Assembly (NCBI GenBank): GCA_040387795.1
Contig: JAZKDC010000017.1
Coordinates: forward strand, 486,157-550,156
Length of the DNA: 64,000 nt
From: Verrucomicrobiota bacterium
GTDB lineage: Bacteria > Verrucomicrobiota > Verrucomicrobiia > Verrucomicrobiales > V1-33
Direction of reading: 5' to 3'
Shown here one piece after another: positions 1-10,800 of the stretch. Within the stretch, counting starts at the first letter, position 1; each line of letters starts with the position of its first letter. Position numbers and translations under genes: made by a program. The notes beneath the pieces are model-generated. The model did no database searches. It was given only the letters and a program-made list of their open reading frames with translations, and was not told the DNA's origin.

Positions 1-118
1 GGCAGGGGGGTGTCAAAGGTGATTTTGAGGTTCGGAAGGGACCCCGCACGATCCTTGAGCATGGGAAAGCAGGGATAGACGTGATGGACAAGCCGGACGG
101 GATCGGCAGAATGCGGGA

Positions 119-1138
119 ATGGAAAACCGCTATCAGATTTTTACGCAGCGCCTGGAATTGACGAATCCTTGGACGATTTCGCGGGGAACCGCGGGCTACA
201 AGGAGTATTCCTATCTGAAGTGGGAACGCGGCGGACACACGGCGTGGGGGGAGGCGGCGCACAATTCGCGGTATGGGGAGTCCCTGGAGTCGGTGCGGGC
301 GGGATTGGAGTTGGGAATGGCCCGGATTTTGGAAGACCCGACGGACCTGCCTGCAGCGGCACGCCGGATTTTTGCGGACCCGCGCATTCCCCGGTCAGCC
401 AAGGCGGCGCTGGATATGGCGGTACTGGATCTCGAGGGCAAGCAGTGCGGACTTCCGGCCCGGGTCGTCCTGGGTATCCCGGAGGCCGTGCCGCCGGTGA
501 CGAGTTTCAGCATCGGGATTGACGATCTGGACACGATCCGGGCGAAGGTGTTGGCGGCGGGGGACTACGCGGTTTTGAAGATCAAGCTGGGCACGGACCG
601 CGATGAGGCGATCATGGCTGCGGTGCGTGAAGTGACGGATCAGCCGCTGCGGGTGGATGCGAATGAGGGTTGGAAGGACCCGGAGACGGCGCTGCGGCAC
701 ATTGTGCGTCTGGCGGGGCAGGGGGTGGAGCTGATCGAACAACCGCTGCCGGCGGGAAGGCTGGAGGAGGTGGCGTGGCTGCGGGAGCGGTCGCCGCTGC
801 CGCTCTTCGCCGATGAGGATGTGATGGACAGTGCGGATATTGCGCAGCTGGCCGGGTCCTATCATGGGATCAATATCAAGCTGATGAAAGCGGGAGGGCC
901 GCGCGAGGCTTGGCGGATGATCCAACGGGCGCGGGAACACGGGCTGAAAATCATGCTGGGCTGCATGATCGAGAGTTCCTGCGGGATTTCCGCAGCCGCC
1001 CATTTGTCCGGGGCGGTGGATTTTGTGGATCTGGACGGGCACCTGTTGCTCGCCACGGATCCCTTCCGCGGGCTGCGGCTGGAAGCAGGCCGGGTGCGGA
1101 CCAGTGAGGCTCCAGGTCTGGGCGTGGAGTGGGTCTGA
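119..1138 (+). CDS. Dipeptide epimerase-like enzyme (L-Ala-D/L-Glu epimerase type), enolase superfamily
   Basis: 339-aa ORF with enolase-superfamily (MLE subgroup) landmarks in canonical order: VLKIKLG, RVDANEGW, LIEQPL, FADEDV, GINIKLMKAGG. Confidence 0.8.
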   Translation: MENRYQIFTQRLELTNPWTISRGTAGYKEYSYLKWERGGHTAWGEAAHNSRYGESLESVRAGLELGMARILEDPTDLPAAARRIFADPRIPRSAKAALDMAVLDLEGKQCGLPARVVLGIPEAVPPVTSFSIGIDDLDTIRAKVLAAGDYAVLKIKLGTDRDEAIMAAVREVTDQPLRVDANEGWKDPETALRHIVRLAGQGVELIEQPLPAGRLEEVAWLRERSPLPLFADEDVMDSADIAQLAGSYHGINIKLMKAGGPREAWRMIQRAREHGLKIMLGCMIESSCGISAAAHLSGAVDFVDLDGHLLLATDPFRGLRLEAGRVRTSEAPGLGVEWV

Positions 1139-1231
1139 TCCGCCCGCAAAAGAAAAAGCCGCCACAGAGGGACTCTGTGACGGCTTGAGAAGGAGTTTTC
1201 TGGAAATTGCCCGGATCGGAGGTGAAAAAAC

Positions 1232-2023
1232 CTACGATCGGCGGCGGCGGGAGCCGAGCACCAGCAGGCTGCCCAGGCCGAGCAAAGCAGCGGAAGGCTC
1301 AGGCACGGCACCGAGGATGATGGCGTCCTGAAAATCGTTCGGGGTTCCGATACCCTCAAAGGTATTCACCATGGCATAGGCATGGACCGGATCGTAGCTG
1401 GCGAAGTAGTTGGCGGCCGCCTTGGTGTTGATATCGTCCTTGATGGCGTTGAAAAAATTATTCCGGGCCACTTCCGCGGCGGTGCCGTTCGGGATGTCGC
1501 TGTCCGGGGAGAAGAGGGAGAGCGAAGTGAAGGAGGTATTGTCCTCGTAAAGTTTGCCGTGGAGTTTTTTGACGTATTGCTGGATCGCGTAGAACCGGTT
1601 GAAGAAGTTCAAGTTTTCAGACTGAACGTCGTTATCCACGGGATCGGGCTTGTTGTTCAGGAAGTTGTCCGTGGTTTCACTCCAGGGCAGATAGCTGTCG
1701 AGAATGTATTCCACCACGTTCACCTGCAGGGCGAGGTCGGCCTGGGCGGAGGGATTGGTGGCCCCGGCGAAAGCGAAACGCTCGGTGGTTTGACGGGTCC
1801 AGCCATAATCGAGGCTCACAATATCTGCCGTGTAGCCGGTGGGGGCGGCGATGGGTCCGCGGCTGGCATCCGGCTGGACACAGAACCACCAATATTCGTC
1901 CGACTGATCCACCTTCAGCAGCCCTCCGTCCGGACCATCGATTCCAGCGCTGGAAATATTCGCCGAAAAAGCCGGGGCCAGCAGCAAAAGCAGGGTGGAA
2001 ACAGCAATCCAAAGACTTTTCAT
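1232..2023 (-). CDS. PEP-CTERM sorting-domain secreted protein
   Basis: Signal peptide MKSLWIAVSTLLLLLAPAFSA. C-terminus VPEPSAALLGLGSLLVLGSRRRRS = PEP motif + hydrophobic helix + Arg cluster. Confidence 0.8.
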   Translation of the reverse strand: MKSLWIAVSTLLLLLAPAFSANISSAGIDGPDGGLLKVDQSDEYWWFCVQPDASRGPIAAPTGYTADIVSLDYGWTRQTTERFAFAGATNPSAQADLALQVNVVEYILDSYLPWSETTDNFLNNKPDPVDNDVQSENLNFFNRFYAIQQYVKKLHGKLYEDNTSFTSLSLFSPDSDIPNGTAAEVARNNFFNAIKDDINTKAAANYFASYDPVHAYAMVNTFEGIGTPNDFQDAIILGAVPEPSAALLGLGSLLVLGSRRRRS

Positions 2024-2145
2024 AAAATTAATCCGGTAATTATAATCACCAGAATCAATGCAGCAAGGAATATTTAACCAAGCTGAAGTAATTTATCTTT
2101 GAGGCCGCAGGATTGATCCCGGTATCTCCCGGAAAGGCAAAACCC

Positions 2146-2667
2146 TTACTTCTTGGCCGGTTCGGCCGTGGAACCCTCCGTGGAAGCAGGACCAATCACA
2201 TTTTGCAGGTCTTGGGATTGTTCAGCCGTGCGGCGTTTGCCGGGGGCGGGCGGTTTCAAGCCGGGGCTATCGCTGACCGGGATCGTCTCACCGGCAGGCA
2301 AGGCGGTTGGCCATGAGCGGAAGGTTTCCGGAGTTGGGGTTTGGTTCGTCGGGGCGGGAGGCCGGGCGGAAGGTGCACCGGAAATCACCAAGGTCGTTTT
2401 GGCGGCGTGATCCGGTGCGGGCCAGACGTGAATCAGCAGCATGACCGCTGCGTAAGCTCCCACCGCGGCCCAGGCGGTGGATGGACGGCGCAAGGCGGAG
2501 CAAGCGGTGCCGACGCGTTCCCAAATGAGGGAGGCGGCGCTTTGGGTGGCGATGGCTTTGCGCTGGTAGGCATGGAAGCTGTCGAGAAACCCGTCGAAGT
2601 ACTCCGGGTCGGGTTTTTCGTAGCGTTTCAGCCGGAGAAGGCGGGCCAGTTGTTCGTCCTTGTTCAT
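2146..2667 (-). CDS. Putative anti-sigma factor (single-pass membrane protein)
   Basis: Starts 21 nt downstream of the ECF sigma gene on the same strand. Soluble N-terminus, one hydrophobic helix (AAVGAYAAVMLLIHVW), Pro-rich C-terminal tail. Call rests on position and topology only. Confidence 0.55.
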   Translation of the reverse strand: MNKDEQLARLLRLKRYEKPDPEYFDGFLDSFHAYQRKAIATQSAASLIWERVGTACSALRRPSTAWAAVGAYAAVMLLIHVWPAPDHAAKTTLVISGAPSARPPAPTNQTPTPETFRSWPTALPAGETIPVSDSPGLKPPAPGKRRTAEQSQDLQNVIGPASTEGSTAEPAKK

Positions 2668-2688
2668 GGCGGGGGCCGGGAGGCCGGG

Positions 2689-3282
2689 TCAGGTGAGGTA
2701 ATTGGAAAGATGGGCTTGGAGTTGCTTGTGCGCGTAATGGAGACGGGAGCGGACGGTGCCTTCACTGACGCCAAGGATTCTGCTGATCTCTGCATGGGGC
2801 ATACCTTGGATATCGAAAAGGGTCACCACGGCTCTATGATCATCAGACAGTTTTTGGAGCGCTTCGTTCAAATGCTGCTGCAGCTCGTTGAGCCCCGCTT
2901 CGCGCACCGGGTCACTGGTGGCAGTGAGTTCGAGGAACTCCCCATCGTGCTGAATTCCGCTGTCCACGTCATCCAGGCTGAGCATCCGGCGGCGGTTGCG
3001 TTTCTTCAGGAAATTCAGCGTGAGATTGACCGCGATGGTGTAAATCCACGTGTAGAAGCCGCTTTGGCCCCGGAAGCTCTTCAAATTCCGGAAAGCCCGG
3101 GCAAAAACCTCCTGGAGGAGATCATTGGCATCCTCCCGATGGCTGGTCATGTGGTAAATCAGCGCGTAGAGGCGTTGGCTGTATTTGAGCACGAGGGTGT
3201 CGAAGGCCGCACAATCGCCTTCCTGGGCGCGCTCCACGAGCACGCGGTCCTCCTGTTTATCGGTCAAGACAGCGTCGGCCAT
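2689..3282 (-). CDS. ECF-type RNA polymerase sigma-70 family factor
   Basis: Region 2 (DLLQEVFARAFRNLKSFRGQSGFYTWIYTIAVN) and region 4 HTH (AEISRILGVSEGTVRSRLHYAHKQL). The track ORF extends to 3354, but homology starts after the internal ATG at 3282 (MADAVLTDKQ...). Confidence 0.85.
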   Translation of the reverse strand: MADAVLTDKQEDRVLVERAQEGDCAAFDTLVLKYSQRLYALIYHMTSHREDANDLLQEVFARAFRNLKSFRGQSGFYTWIYTIAVNLTLNFLKKRNRRRMLSLDDVDSGIQHDGEFLELTATSDPVREAGLNELQQHLNEALQKLSDDHRAVVTLFDIQGMPHAEISRILGVSEGTVRSRLHYAHKQLQAHLSNYLT

Positions 3283-3362
3283 ACGAAGGGGGCGATAGGC
3301 TGCGGCAGGCGCAGCCCCGGGGAAACCTGACACGATGGAAGCAGCAGTGGCCACGGCATTTT

Positions 3363-3758
3363 TCAGGAATTGGCGGCGTCAGCGAAGTCCGCCGGCTGCC
3401 GGGTGAGGGTAACGGAAACCGCGCGGGTATCCGGGATGATAAATTTATGAATGCGGACCCGCACCAGGGCGAGCGGCCAGCGGCGCAGCAGCAATTGGCA
3501 GAGATCTTCCGCAAGGGTTTCGATGAGCAGGCGTTCGCGCCGCAGCGCTTCGTCCCGGCAAGCCACTGCAACGTCGTAATAATTGATGGTGCGGAACAAA
3601 TCTTCGTTCAGTCCCGCCAGCGGAACCCGGGGCCACAGGGCAATATCGGCTTCCAACCGTTGCGGCACGGCGCGTTCCTCTTCCGGCACGCCAATATTCG
3701 CCACCAGGCCCAGGGCGTGGATGTCGATACGGTCGCGTTTGATTTTAGGAAAGTCCAA
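3363..3758 (-). CDS. folB: Dihydroneopterin aldolase
   Basis: IHALGLVANIGVPEEERAVPQRLEADIAL...RTINYYDV...LIETLAEDL...VRVRIHKF matches the FolB fold pattern. The track ORF (to 3908) would overlap the divergent gene. A TTG at 3758 gives a typical ~131-aa FolB (MDFPKIKRDRIDIH...). Confidence 0.75.
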   Translation of the reverse strand: MDFPKIKRDRIDIHALGLVANIGVPEEERAVPQRLEADIALWPRVPLAGLNEDLFRTINYYDVAVACRDEALRRERLLIETLAEDLCQLLLRRWPLALVRVRIHKFIIPDTRAVSVTLTRQPADFADAANS

Positions 3759-3831
3759 GCCCCTGGATGGACACGACAGCGATGGCCTGCGTTCAAAGAA
3801 AGTCCGCCGGAGCCGGGGAGGCGTTCCTCGG

Positions 3832-4836
3832 ATGATGCTTGATACCACAGTTCCCGGGTCAGCCGGCCACGGCTTCACCGGGGCGCTGGTTGCCGATGCC
3901 CTCGCCATGCCGGTGCATTGGTATTACGACCGGGTAGCCCTCCGGGCCGACTATGGGGTGGTGGACCGCTTTCTCCGGCCGGAAGGCCTGCATCCCGGCA
4001 GCATCCTGCACCGGTCTCATTATGCCGCGCTGAATGAAAAAGGCGATATCCTGCGCGGCCAGGCGGCCTATTGGGGCCAACCGGGGGTTCATTATCATCA
4101 GTTCCTGCAGGCCGGTGAAAACACCCTGAACCTGCAGCTCGCCCGCGAACTTTACACCCTCGTGGAGGGTTCCGGCGGTTACGATGCCGACGCCTGGCTG
4201 GAATGTTATATCGATTATATGCTGACTCCAAAGAAACACCGCGACACCTACGTCGAGGAATACCACCGCGCCTTCTTCACCCATTACGCCAAGGGCAAAA
4301 AACCGAGGGCCTGTGGCGGGGATGACCTTCACATCGGAGGCTTGGCCCAGGTCGCGGCACTGGTGGCCGCGCTCCCTGCAGCCAGCGAAGCGGCCCTCCG
4401 GGCGGTGGTGCAGGAACACGTCTCCCTCACGCATAAAAATGCCGGCGTGCTCCGGGCGGCGGATGTGCTGGTGCGCCTGCTCTGTGCCCTGAAAGACGGC
4501 CAAGCCCTGCGTCCTGCGCTGACGCTGCATGCCAACGAATTCTTTTCCGGAAAGAAAGCCCTCGTTTACGCCACGCAGCCGGATGAAACCATCATCGGCC
4601 GCATTTTCAGTCCTGCCTGTTACATCGACGAGGCTTTTCCGGCGGCTCTCTACCTCGCTTGGAAATACGCCGGCGATTTCAGCGCCGGAGTTATCGCCAA
4701 CACCATGTGCGGCGGTGACAACTGCCACCGTGGAGCCGTCACCGGGGCCTTGCTGGGAGCCGCCACAGGCGTGCCGCGCCGCTGGACGGCCGGGCTCCTC
4801 ACGCCGCCTCCTTCACCGCGCATGCCAGCCACCTGA
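3832..4836 (+). CDS. ADP-ribosylglycohydrolase family protein
   Basis: GALVADALAMPVHWYYD near the N-terminus and GGDNCHRGAVTGALLGAATG near the C-terminus (ARH-family metal-site motifs). Start moved to the ATG at 3832; the 5' part of ORF 3583.. is antisense to folB. Confidence 0.75.
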   Translation: MMLDTTVPGSAGHGFTGALVADALAMPVHWYYDRVALRADYGVVDRFLRPEGLHPGSILHRSHYAALNEKGDILRGQAAYWGQPGVHYHQFLQAGENTLNLQLARELYTLVEGSGGYDADAWLECYIDYMLTPKKHRDTYVEEYHRAFFTHYAKGKKPRACGGDDLHIGGLAQVAALVAALPAASEAALRAVVQEHVSLTHKNAGVLRAADVLVRLLCALKDGQALRPALTLHANEFFSGKKALVYATQPDETIIGRIFSPACYIDEAFPAALYLAWKYAGDFSAGVIANTMCGGDNCHRGAVTGALLGAATGVPRRWTAGLLTPPPSPRMPAT

Positions 4837-4857
4837 GGGCGGCTTGGGGTGCTCGAT

Positions 4858-7800
4858 TTACTGGCTCACCCCGAGGGCCTGTGGAATCAGGAGGGTCAGC
4901 CGCCACAAAAAGCGGCTCCATCCGGCGCGCCTCAAGGCAAAGGGCAGAAAAACCCTCAAGGTATTGCCATGGCTGCCGGGCGTGAGTATTCCCCCGGAGG
5001 CGGTGATGGCCCTCTCCAGGCCCGCCAGCGCTTCGGTTTGGCGGGTGGCCCGGGGGTTGGATTGATTTTGAAGGCGGACCATGAGGCGTGCCAGATTCAA
5101 TTGCAGCCTGACATCGCTCCCCGTGCCTCCCGGGGGGATATCCTTCTCCCGCACGTCAGAGAGATAACCCAGGGCACGATCCGGCTTCCCTTCGGCAGCG
5201 GCGAGGAATGCCAGCCGGATGCGGTGCCGGACGGTGGCGTGGTCCGCTTTCAGGTGCGTCAAACACCATTCCCTGACTTCCCGCCCTTTGCGCAGGGACC
5301 ATTTTCCATCCTGCAGCGCCGCCACATTGGACAGCATCCAGGAGTGCAGGCCACTGCGCGTCGTCCAATCCCTGCACCACCGGCGTCCCTGCCGGTAGAG
5401 ATCATTGCCGAGATAAAAATAAGCGGCGTAGGCCCATAGATTCTCATGCCGTTTCAGGAAATCCCGGTTCCGATGGATGGCCCAGCGGGCCTTCATGACC
5501 CTGACGTCATCCCAATGGGGAGTGGCCGGGGCGGGTTCCCCTGCAATTTTGAGATAGGCTTCCCATGCGGCGATCCTGGTAGCCTCTTCCGCCAAGCCCG
5601 CAAACCGCTGCCAAACCCCGTGGTTTTTGCGCAGATATTCGTCTTTGACCCAGACGGCATAGGCTCCCGGTCCGACGGTTTGGGGCAGTCCCTCCCATGG
5701 GTCGCCGGTGGCCCCGCTGGCTTGGGCCTTGGTGCCCCAGCCGGCTTTTTTCAGGATGCCCTGGGCCGACTCCATCCGGGCGCTGGAAACCGCCGGATCC
5801 GCGGCGAGGCGCTGCCAGACGTGCATGGCTTCCGGATGATGCCGTTGCCCGGCGGCCCAACGCAGTTCCTTGAGCAGGGTTGCGTGCCCAGGCAGATGCT
5901 CCTGCGCCATTTTCAATGTCATGCCGGCAGCAAGGAAATCCTCACGCTCCAACTGCAGGTCAAAAAGCCGGTCGGAGGCCCACTCATAGGTATTCGACAT
6001 CCTCAACGCCCGGAAAAGATGGGGTTCCGCATCTGCTTTGCGCCCGCAGTTCAGCAGGGCCCCTGCCAGATAGCCGAAGGAGTAGGCGGATTGGGGGGCA
6101 GCTTTGACCAGGGCCTCTGCGTAAGGAACCGCCTCCCCGCCCCGCGAGGCACTTTCGAGCCAATCACAGATCTGCTGCAGCCCGAACTCACTGGTTTCAT
6201 CCTGTTTCAGGGCCACCGCCATCAAATCAATCGCACTCCCCCGGTTTCCACGTTCCGCCTCGATCCATGCCCGGCGCCGCAGCAGCATCACATCGTCCGA
6301 CTGGCCGCAAACCTCCAGCGCCTCGGTGTAACGCCGGAGGTGGGTCAGGCGTTCGGCTTTGGAATCCGTGAAGGCAGCGTGATCCGGCACGCGGAGCAAG
6401 GCCCCATCCAGCGCGCCGAGGTAGGCTCCGGGATCATCGTCCTTCGACAGAAAATGCAGATAGGCCTCCAACCGGGCCACTTCCGGCGGGGCAGCGTCAG
6501 CCCATTCCCGGAGTTCCGACGCGACATTTTCCAGCAAGCCCGCCATCCCTGCTTTTTCATGCAGTTCCCCCACCAACCACAAACGATCCGGTTTCAACCG
6601 CACGGCGGCCACCCACGCGGCTGCGGCTTCCGAGTTCCGTTCCAGCTTCCAGAGCGCCTCCCCGAGCGCTTCCTGGGAGGCCGCATCCTTCACGTTCAGC
6701 GCCACGGAGCTCCGGCAAAAAACTTCGGCCTGCTCCGCCAATCCATGGCTGGTATAGATGCCGGCGATGGTGTGAATCGGGATCCTTCCTCTCACCCGCG
6801 CCACGGTCCGTTCCGCCGCCGCCACGTCCCCCCGCTTCAACTCCAATCCCAGCAACTGCCGCACGGCCCAGGTATAGCCGGGGTCCAGGGCCACCGCCGT
6901 GCGCAGAGCCACTTCGGCCTCATCGCTCCGGTTCAGCGCCAGCAATGCCCCGGCCCGATAACCCCAACCGGACTGCTCGCCCGGACTCAACCGGGTCTGC
7001 CGCGCCGTCCATGACACCACCGCGGCATGGTCTGCCCGGTGGTCATGCCATTCCACCAGTCGTTGTACGGACCAGAGGTAATCCGGGTGCTCCCGTGCCA
7101 ATTCCTCCATTTGCAGGATCGCCTCTGCTTCCTTTCCCTGACGATGGAGGATGTCCGCGGCTCTGGCCCGCCGCCACCGCCCGTCCGCCGCCCCTGGCGG
7201 GCCCGGCTCACAGCACTGCAGCGCTTCCCCGTACTGGGCGCTGTGAGCCAGCAGCACGGCCTTCCGGTCCAACAGATCCCAGCAACCAGGCAGTTGCTCC
7301 AGGGCTTCGTTTAAAACACTCAATTCCTCGGCATACCCTTCCAGGGTGGCCGCGACCGCCGCCCGGCATTCCCAGGCCGCCAGACTTTGAGGCAGGGACC
7401 GGGTCAGATCCGCGGCCTCTTTCCGGACCGCTGCCAACTCCGCCGCATCTCCCTCCGCGGCGGCAGCGCGCAGCGACCAGGTATCCCGGGAGAGAGGGGC
7501 CAGTGCCACCCCGCGCCGGCAAGCCGCCAGCGTGGCCACAGCATCCCCTTCGGCCCGCAGCAGCCTTATCAAGTCAAGCATCACTCCGCTATCCAAAGGA
7601 TTGGAGCGCGAATGCCGTTCCAGCAAGGCCCGGGCCGAGGGAGCATCATCAAGGTTCCGGCACGCTTCCGCCATCCGGCGCACGGCCAGCTCCCACCGTG
7701 GACTCAGCCGCAAGACTTGGTCCAGGGCCTCCCGTTCCCCGGCCGCATCCCCTCCCCGGCCCCGGATCAACGCCAGGTCATACCACACCCTCGGCAAAAA

Positions 7801-10800
7801 AGGAAACCGCTCCGCCGCCTCGGCGACCACCGCCAAGGCCTGATCCCGCCTGCCCATATCCGACAAATGATTGCTCAGTACCGACCACGCCTGCCACAAA
7901 TCCGGCCGGATTCCCCTCACCCGTTCAAGGACTTCCAGCACCTCATCCGGCTCCCGCAGCACCCACGCTTCCGAAGTCCAGCGCATCAGCCCGTCGCCAT
8001 TGGTCACCTGTGTTTCCAATTGCCCCAGGACCCAGCGGAGTTCCGCCTGTTTGGAGACGTGATCCGGAGCCATGGCGATCAATTCGGAAATCGCCCATCC
8101 GTAATCCACATCCAGGGCGAGGGCTTCATGGAGGCACTCCCGGGCCTCCTCCGGCCGTCCTGCCGCCTGCAGGACATCACCCAGGATTCCCGAACTGGCA
8201 GCCACCTTGGGCTCCACTGCCCGGGCCTCCGCCGCCTCCCTGACCGCTTCCCCGTGGCGGCCCTGCTTTTTTAAGTCCAACGCCAGCTCCCGCCGGGCCC
8301 ACCCATCCGCCGGATTCAGTTCCAGCAATTGCCGCAGCACCTCCCCGCGGCGTGCCAGGTCGTCGCCCAGCCAATGGCATAACAGCGCTTTGAGGGACGC
8401 ATGTCCGGGAAACCGGCGGCAGGTCTCCTCTAGGTGTGCCACCGCCGCGGTCCGGTCACCGGTTCCCGCCAGCAAGCCGGCCAGTGATTCATGCACATCC
8501 TTCGCGGCAGGCTCAATCTCCAGCAGGCGGCGGTAACACCCCATCGACTCCATCAATTCCGCGCGGCTTACGGCCTCCGTGGCCATGCGCCGCAGCCAGG
8601 CCCCGTCCGGCACCCGGCGCTCCGCCTGAGCCACCAGCGCCGCGGCCCGGTCCGCCCGTCCGGCATCCCGGAACACGTCCGCGGCATCCAGCAGCAGATA
8701 CCCTTCCTCCGGCCGCTGTCTGACGGCATCCTCCAGCACTTCCAGCGCTTCCCCCTCCCGTTTCAATTGCCCCAGGGCCCACGCCAGCGTCCGCGCCGGT
8801 CCTCCCGCCAGGGCGCCATAGCGTTTTACTCTTTCCCGCAAAAACGCGAGGGATTCCTCCCCTTCCTCCAGGCCTACCCATCGCGCAGCGCTGAAGTAGG
8901 ACCGTGCGGGCCCCTCCTGCATGGCATCCACACAGGCTGCCAGGCGGTAGTATAAAACCGCCTCCCGCCGCCGCTGCTGCGACCAGCGGAAGTCGGCCAG
9001 CCCGCCCAGCGTCGCAGATTGAAAGCCACTCCGCTTGGCCGCGCGCGCCCAAGCCCGTTCCGCCGCCGGCCATTCCCTCGCATCATCATCCAATAGTTCC
9101 GCGAGGAGCCGGTCCACCTCCGGCGGAGCCTTGCCTGCCGCCTGGACGCGCCGGGCAAAAGCCATCTGCTCCTGCCGCCCCGCGGTCGAGGCCAGCAGCC
9201 ACAGCTTCTCATACAACAAAGCCGGCTGGTCCGGATACAGCCGCAGCATCCCGTCCACCCCGTCCAGCTGTCCTGGCACATTCCTGTCCCAATAAGCGAG
9301 GCGCCGCTGCGCCAGGAGGGTCAGCCGGTGCCCCGCCGCCTGCGCCCGCATCCGGTCCAGGAAATCCACCGCCAGCTCCCGGTTATTGGCATGCAGCGCC
9401 CGCTGCAGCCCATGGAGCAAATCGTAGAGTTCCGCCTCTGGCAGCTCCAGCGCCTCCAGGGCCGCCCGTCTGTTCTCCGGGGCCATCACCATCCCGCGCG
9501 GACCGGAAAATGCGTAGTCATGCAGCAGATTCATCCGGTATTCCGCATCATCAGCCCATCCCGGCTCCCTTACCAGAAGGGTGTCCGCCTTGGTATCATA
9601 ACCGATCACTGCCTGCAGGTGGGCACTGGCCGGCTCCACCGTAGTCAGGGTGAAGGGCAATCCGAGGTCAATCAAAGCCAGCACCGTGGGCGGCGTCACG
9701 GTGAACTCCCTCACCACATACCCCCGGTGCTCGGCCCAATGCCGCTCACTATGGTCCGGCGTCCCGTCATAGCAGATTTCCTCCGCAATCTCGACCTGCC
9801 CGGCCGCATCCCCGTGGAAGCGGCAAATCGCCGCCAGGGTCGCCGGCGCGCAGGTCCTCCGATCCTGCTTGACGAAGGGAACCGCCAGCCGCACCCGCCG
9901 CCCTGGATGCTCCGTCCTCAGCCGGTCCGCGATCTCCGCGATAAAACACCCGGGAGCCTGGGCTGCCTGCTCGAGTGCGGCCTGATAGTCCCTGGCGAGG
10001 AAATAACGAAATGCCCGCCATCCCGCCAGCCATTGTTTTGCCTTCCGGTCCGCCAGGGGAACCAGCCGCTCATACCCGTCACTCAGGCGCAGGGCCTCCT
10101 CATAGTTTCCATGTTCCGACTGCCAGTTCGCCAGGGCCAGCACCACCTCCCCATCCTGCACCCGGCCCACTGCCGCCTCCAGAACCTCCCTGGCTTCCTC
10201 CTCGCGGTCGGATGATCTCAATAATTCCGCCAAAATCCGGGGTGCCGTGACATTCCCCGGCCGCACCCTGATCGCTTCCCTCGCATGGATTTCCGCTTCC
10301 CTGCGACGGTCCGCCCGCATCAGCACACCCGCCCGGTTCACCAGGGTCCGGTCGTGCCCCGGCCGCAGTCGATCGGCCTCGTCGAGGCAGGCGGTAGCGC
10401 GCTCAAAATCGGACCACCGCGACCAGTAATCCCCTTCCAGATTCAGCAGGAAAAACCGGTGCCGCTCCTCCATCGGCGGATGGGCGGCCGGATCCCTGAT
10501 GGTTTGCAGCACCGCCAGCGGCCCCCGCCGCCGTCCCTCCAGCGAAAGCGAACGCAAAAACACCTCGGCACTCCAGGGATAACGTTTCCGTGCCAACCGG
10601 TCCACCGCATCCGAACGCCGCGGATTTCCCAACCAGGCGTATAGCCGCGAGGCGTAAAACGCCGGCATCGGCCCCGCCTTCACCCAAGCCGTCAGGGGCG
10701 CGAACCCTTTCGCCAATTCCCATGCATCCAGCGCCCGTCCCTCGTTCAGCAGATCCCCCAGCCGGGCCAGCACTTTTTCGTCAGGGCAGGCAGGCAATGG

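Noticed and set aside
1-62. Possible start of a minus-strand gene (MLKDRAGSLPNLKITFDTPL...) running off the left edge
   Set aside because: Only 20 codons are visible and there is no recognisable motif. Too little evidence to report as a feature.
5446-8243. Long plus-strand ORFs (522 aa and a 432-aa Pro-rich one) inside the giant TPR gene
   Set aside because: They lie antisense to an uninterrupted 1,986-codon ORF with coherent TPR/C39 features. The Pro/Arg/Gly-rich translations are typical of wrong-frame GC-rich DNA.
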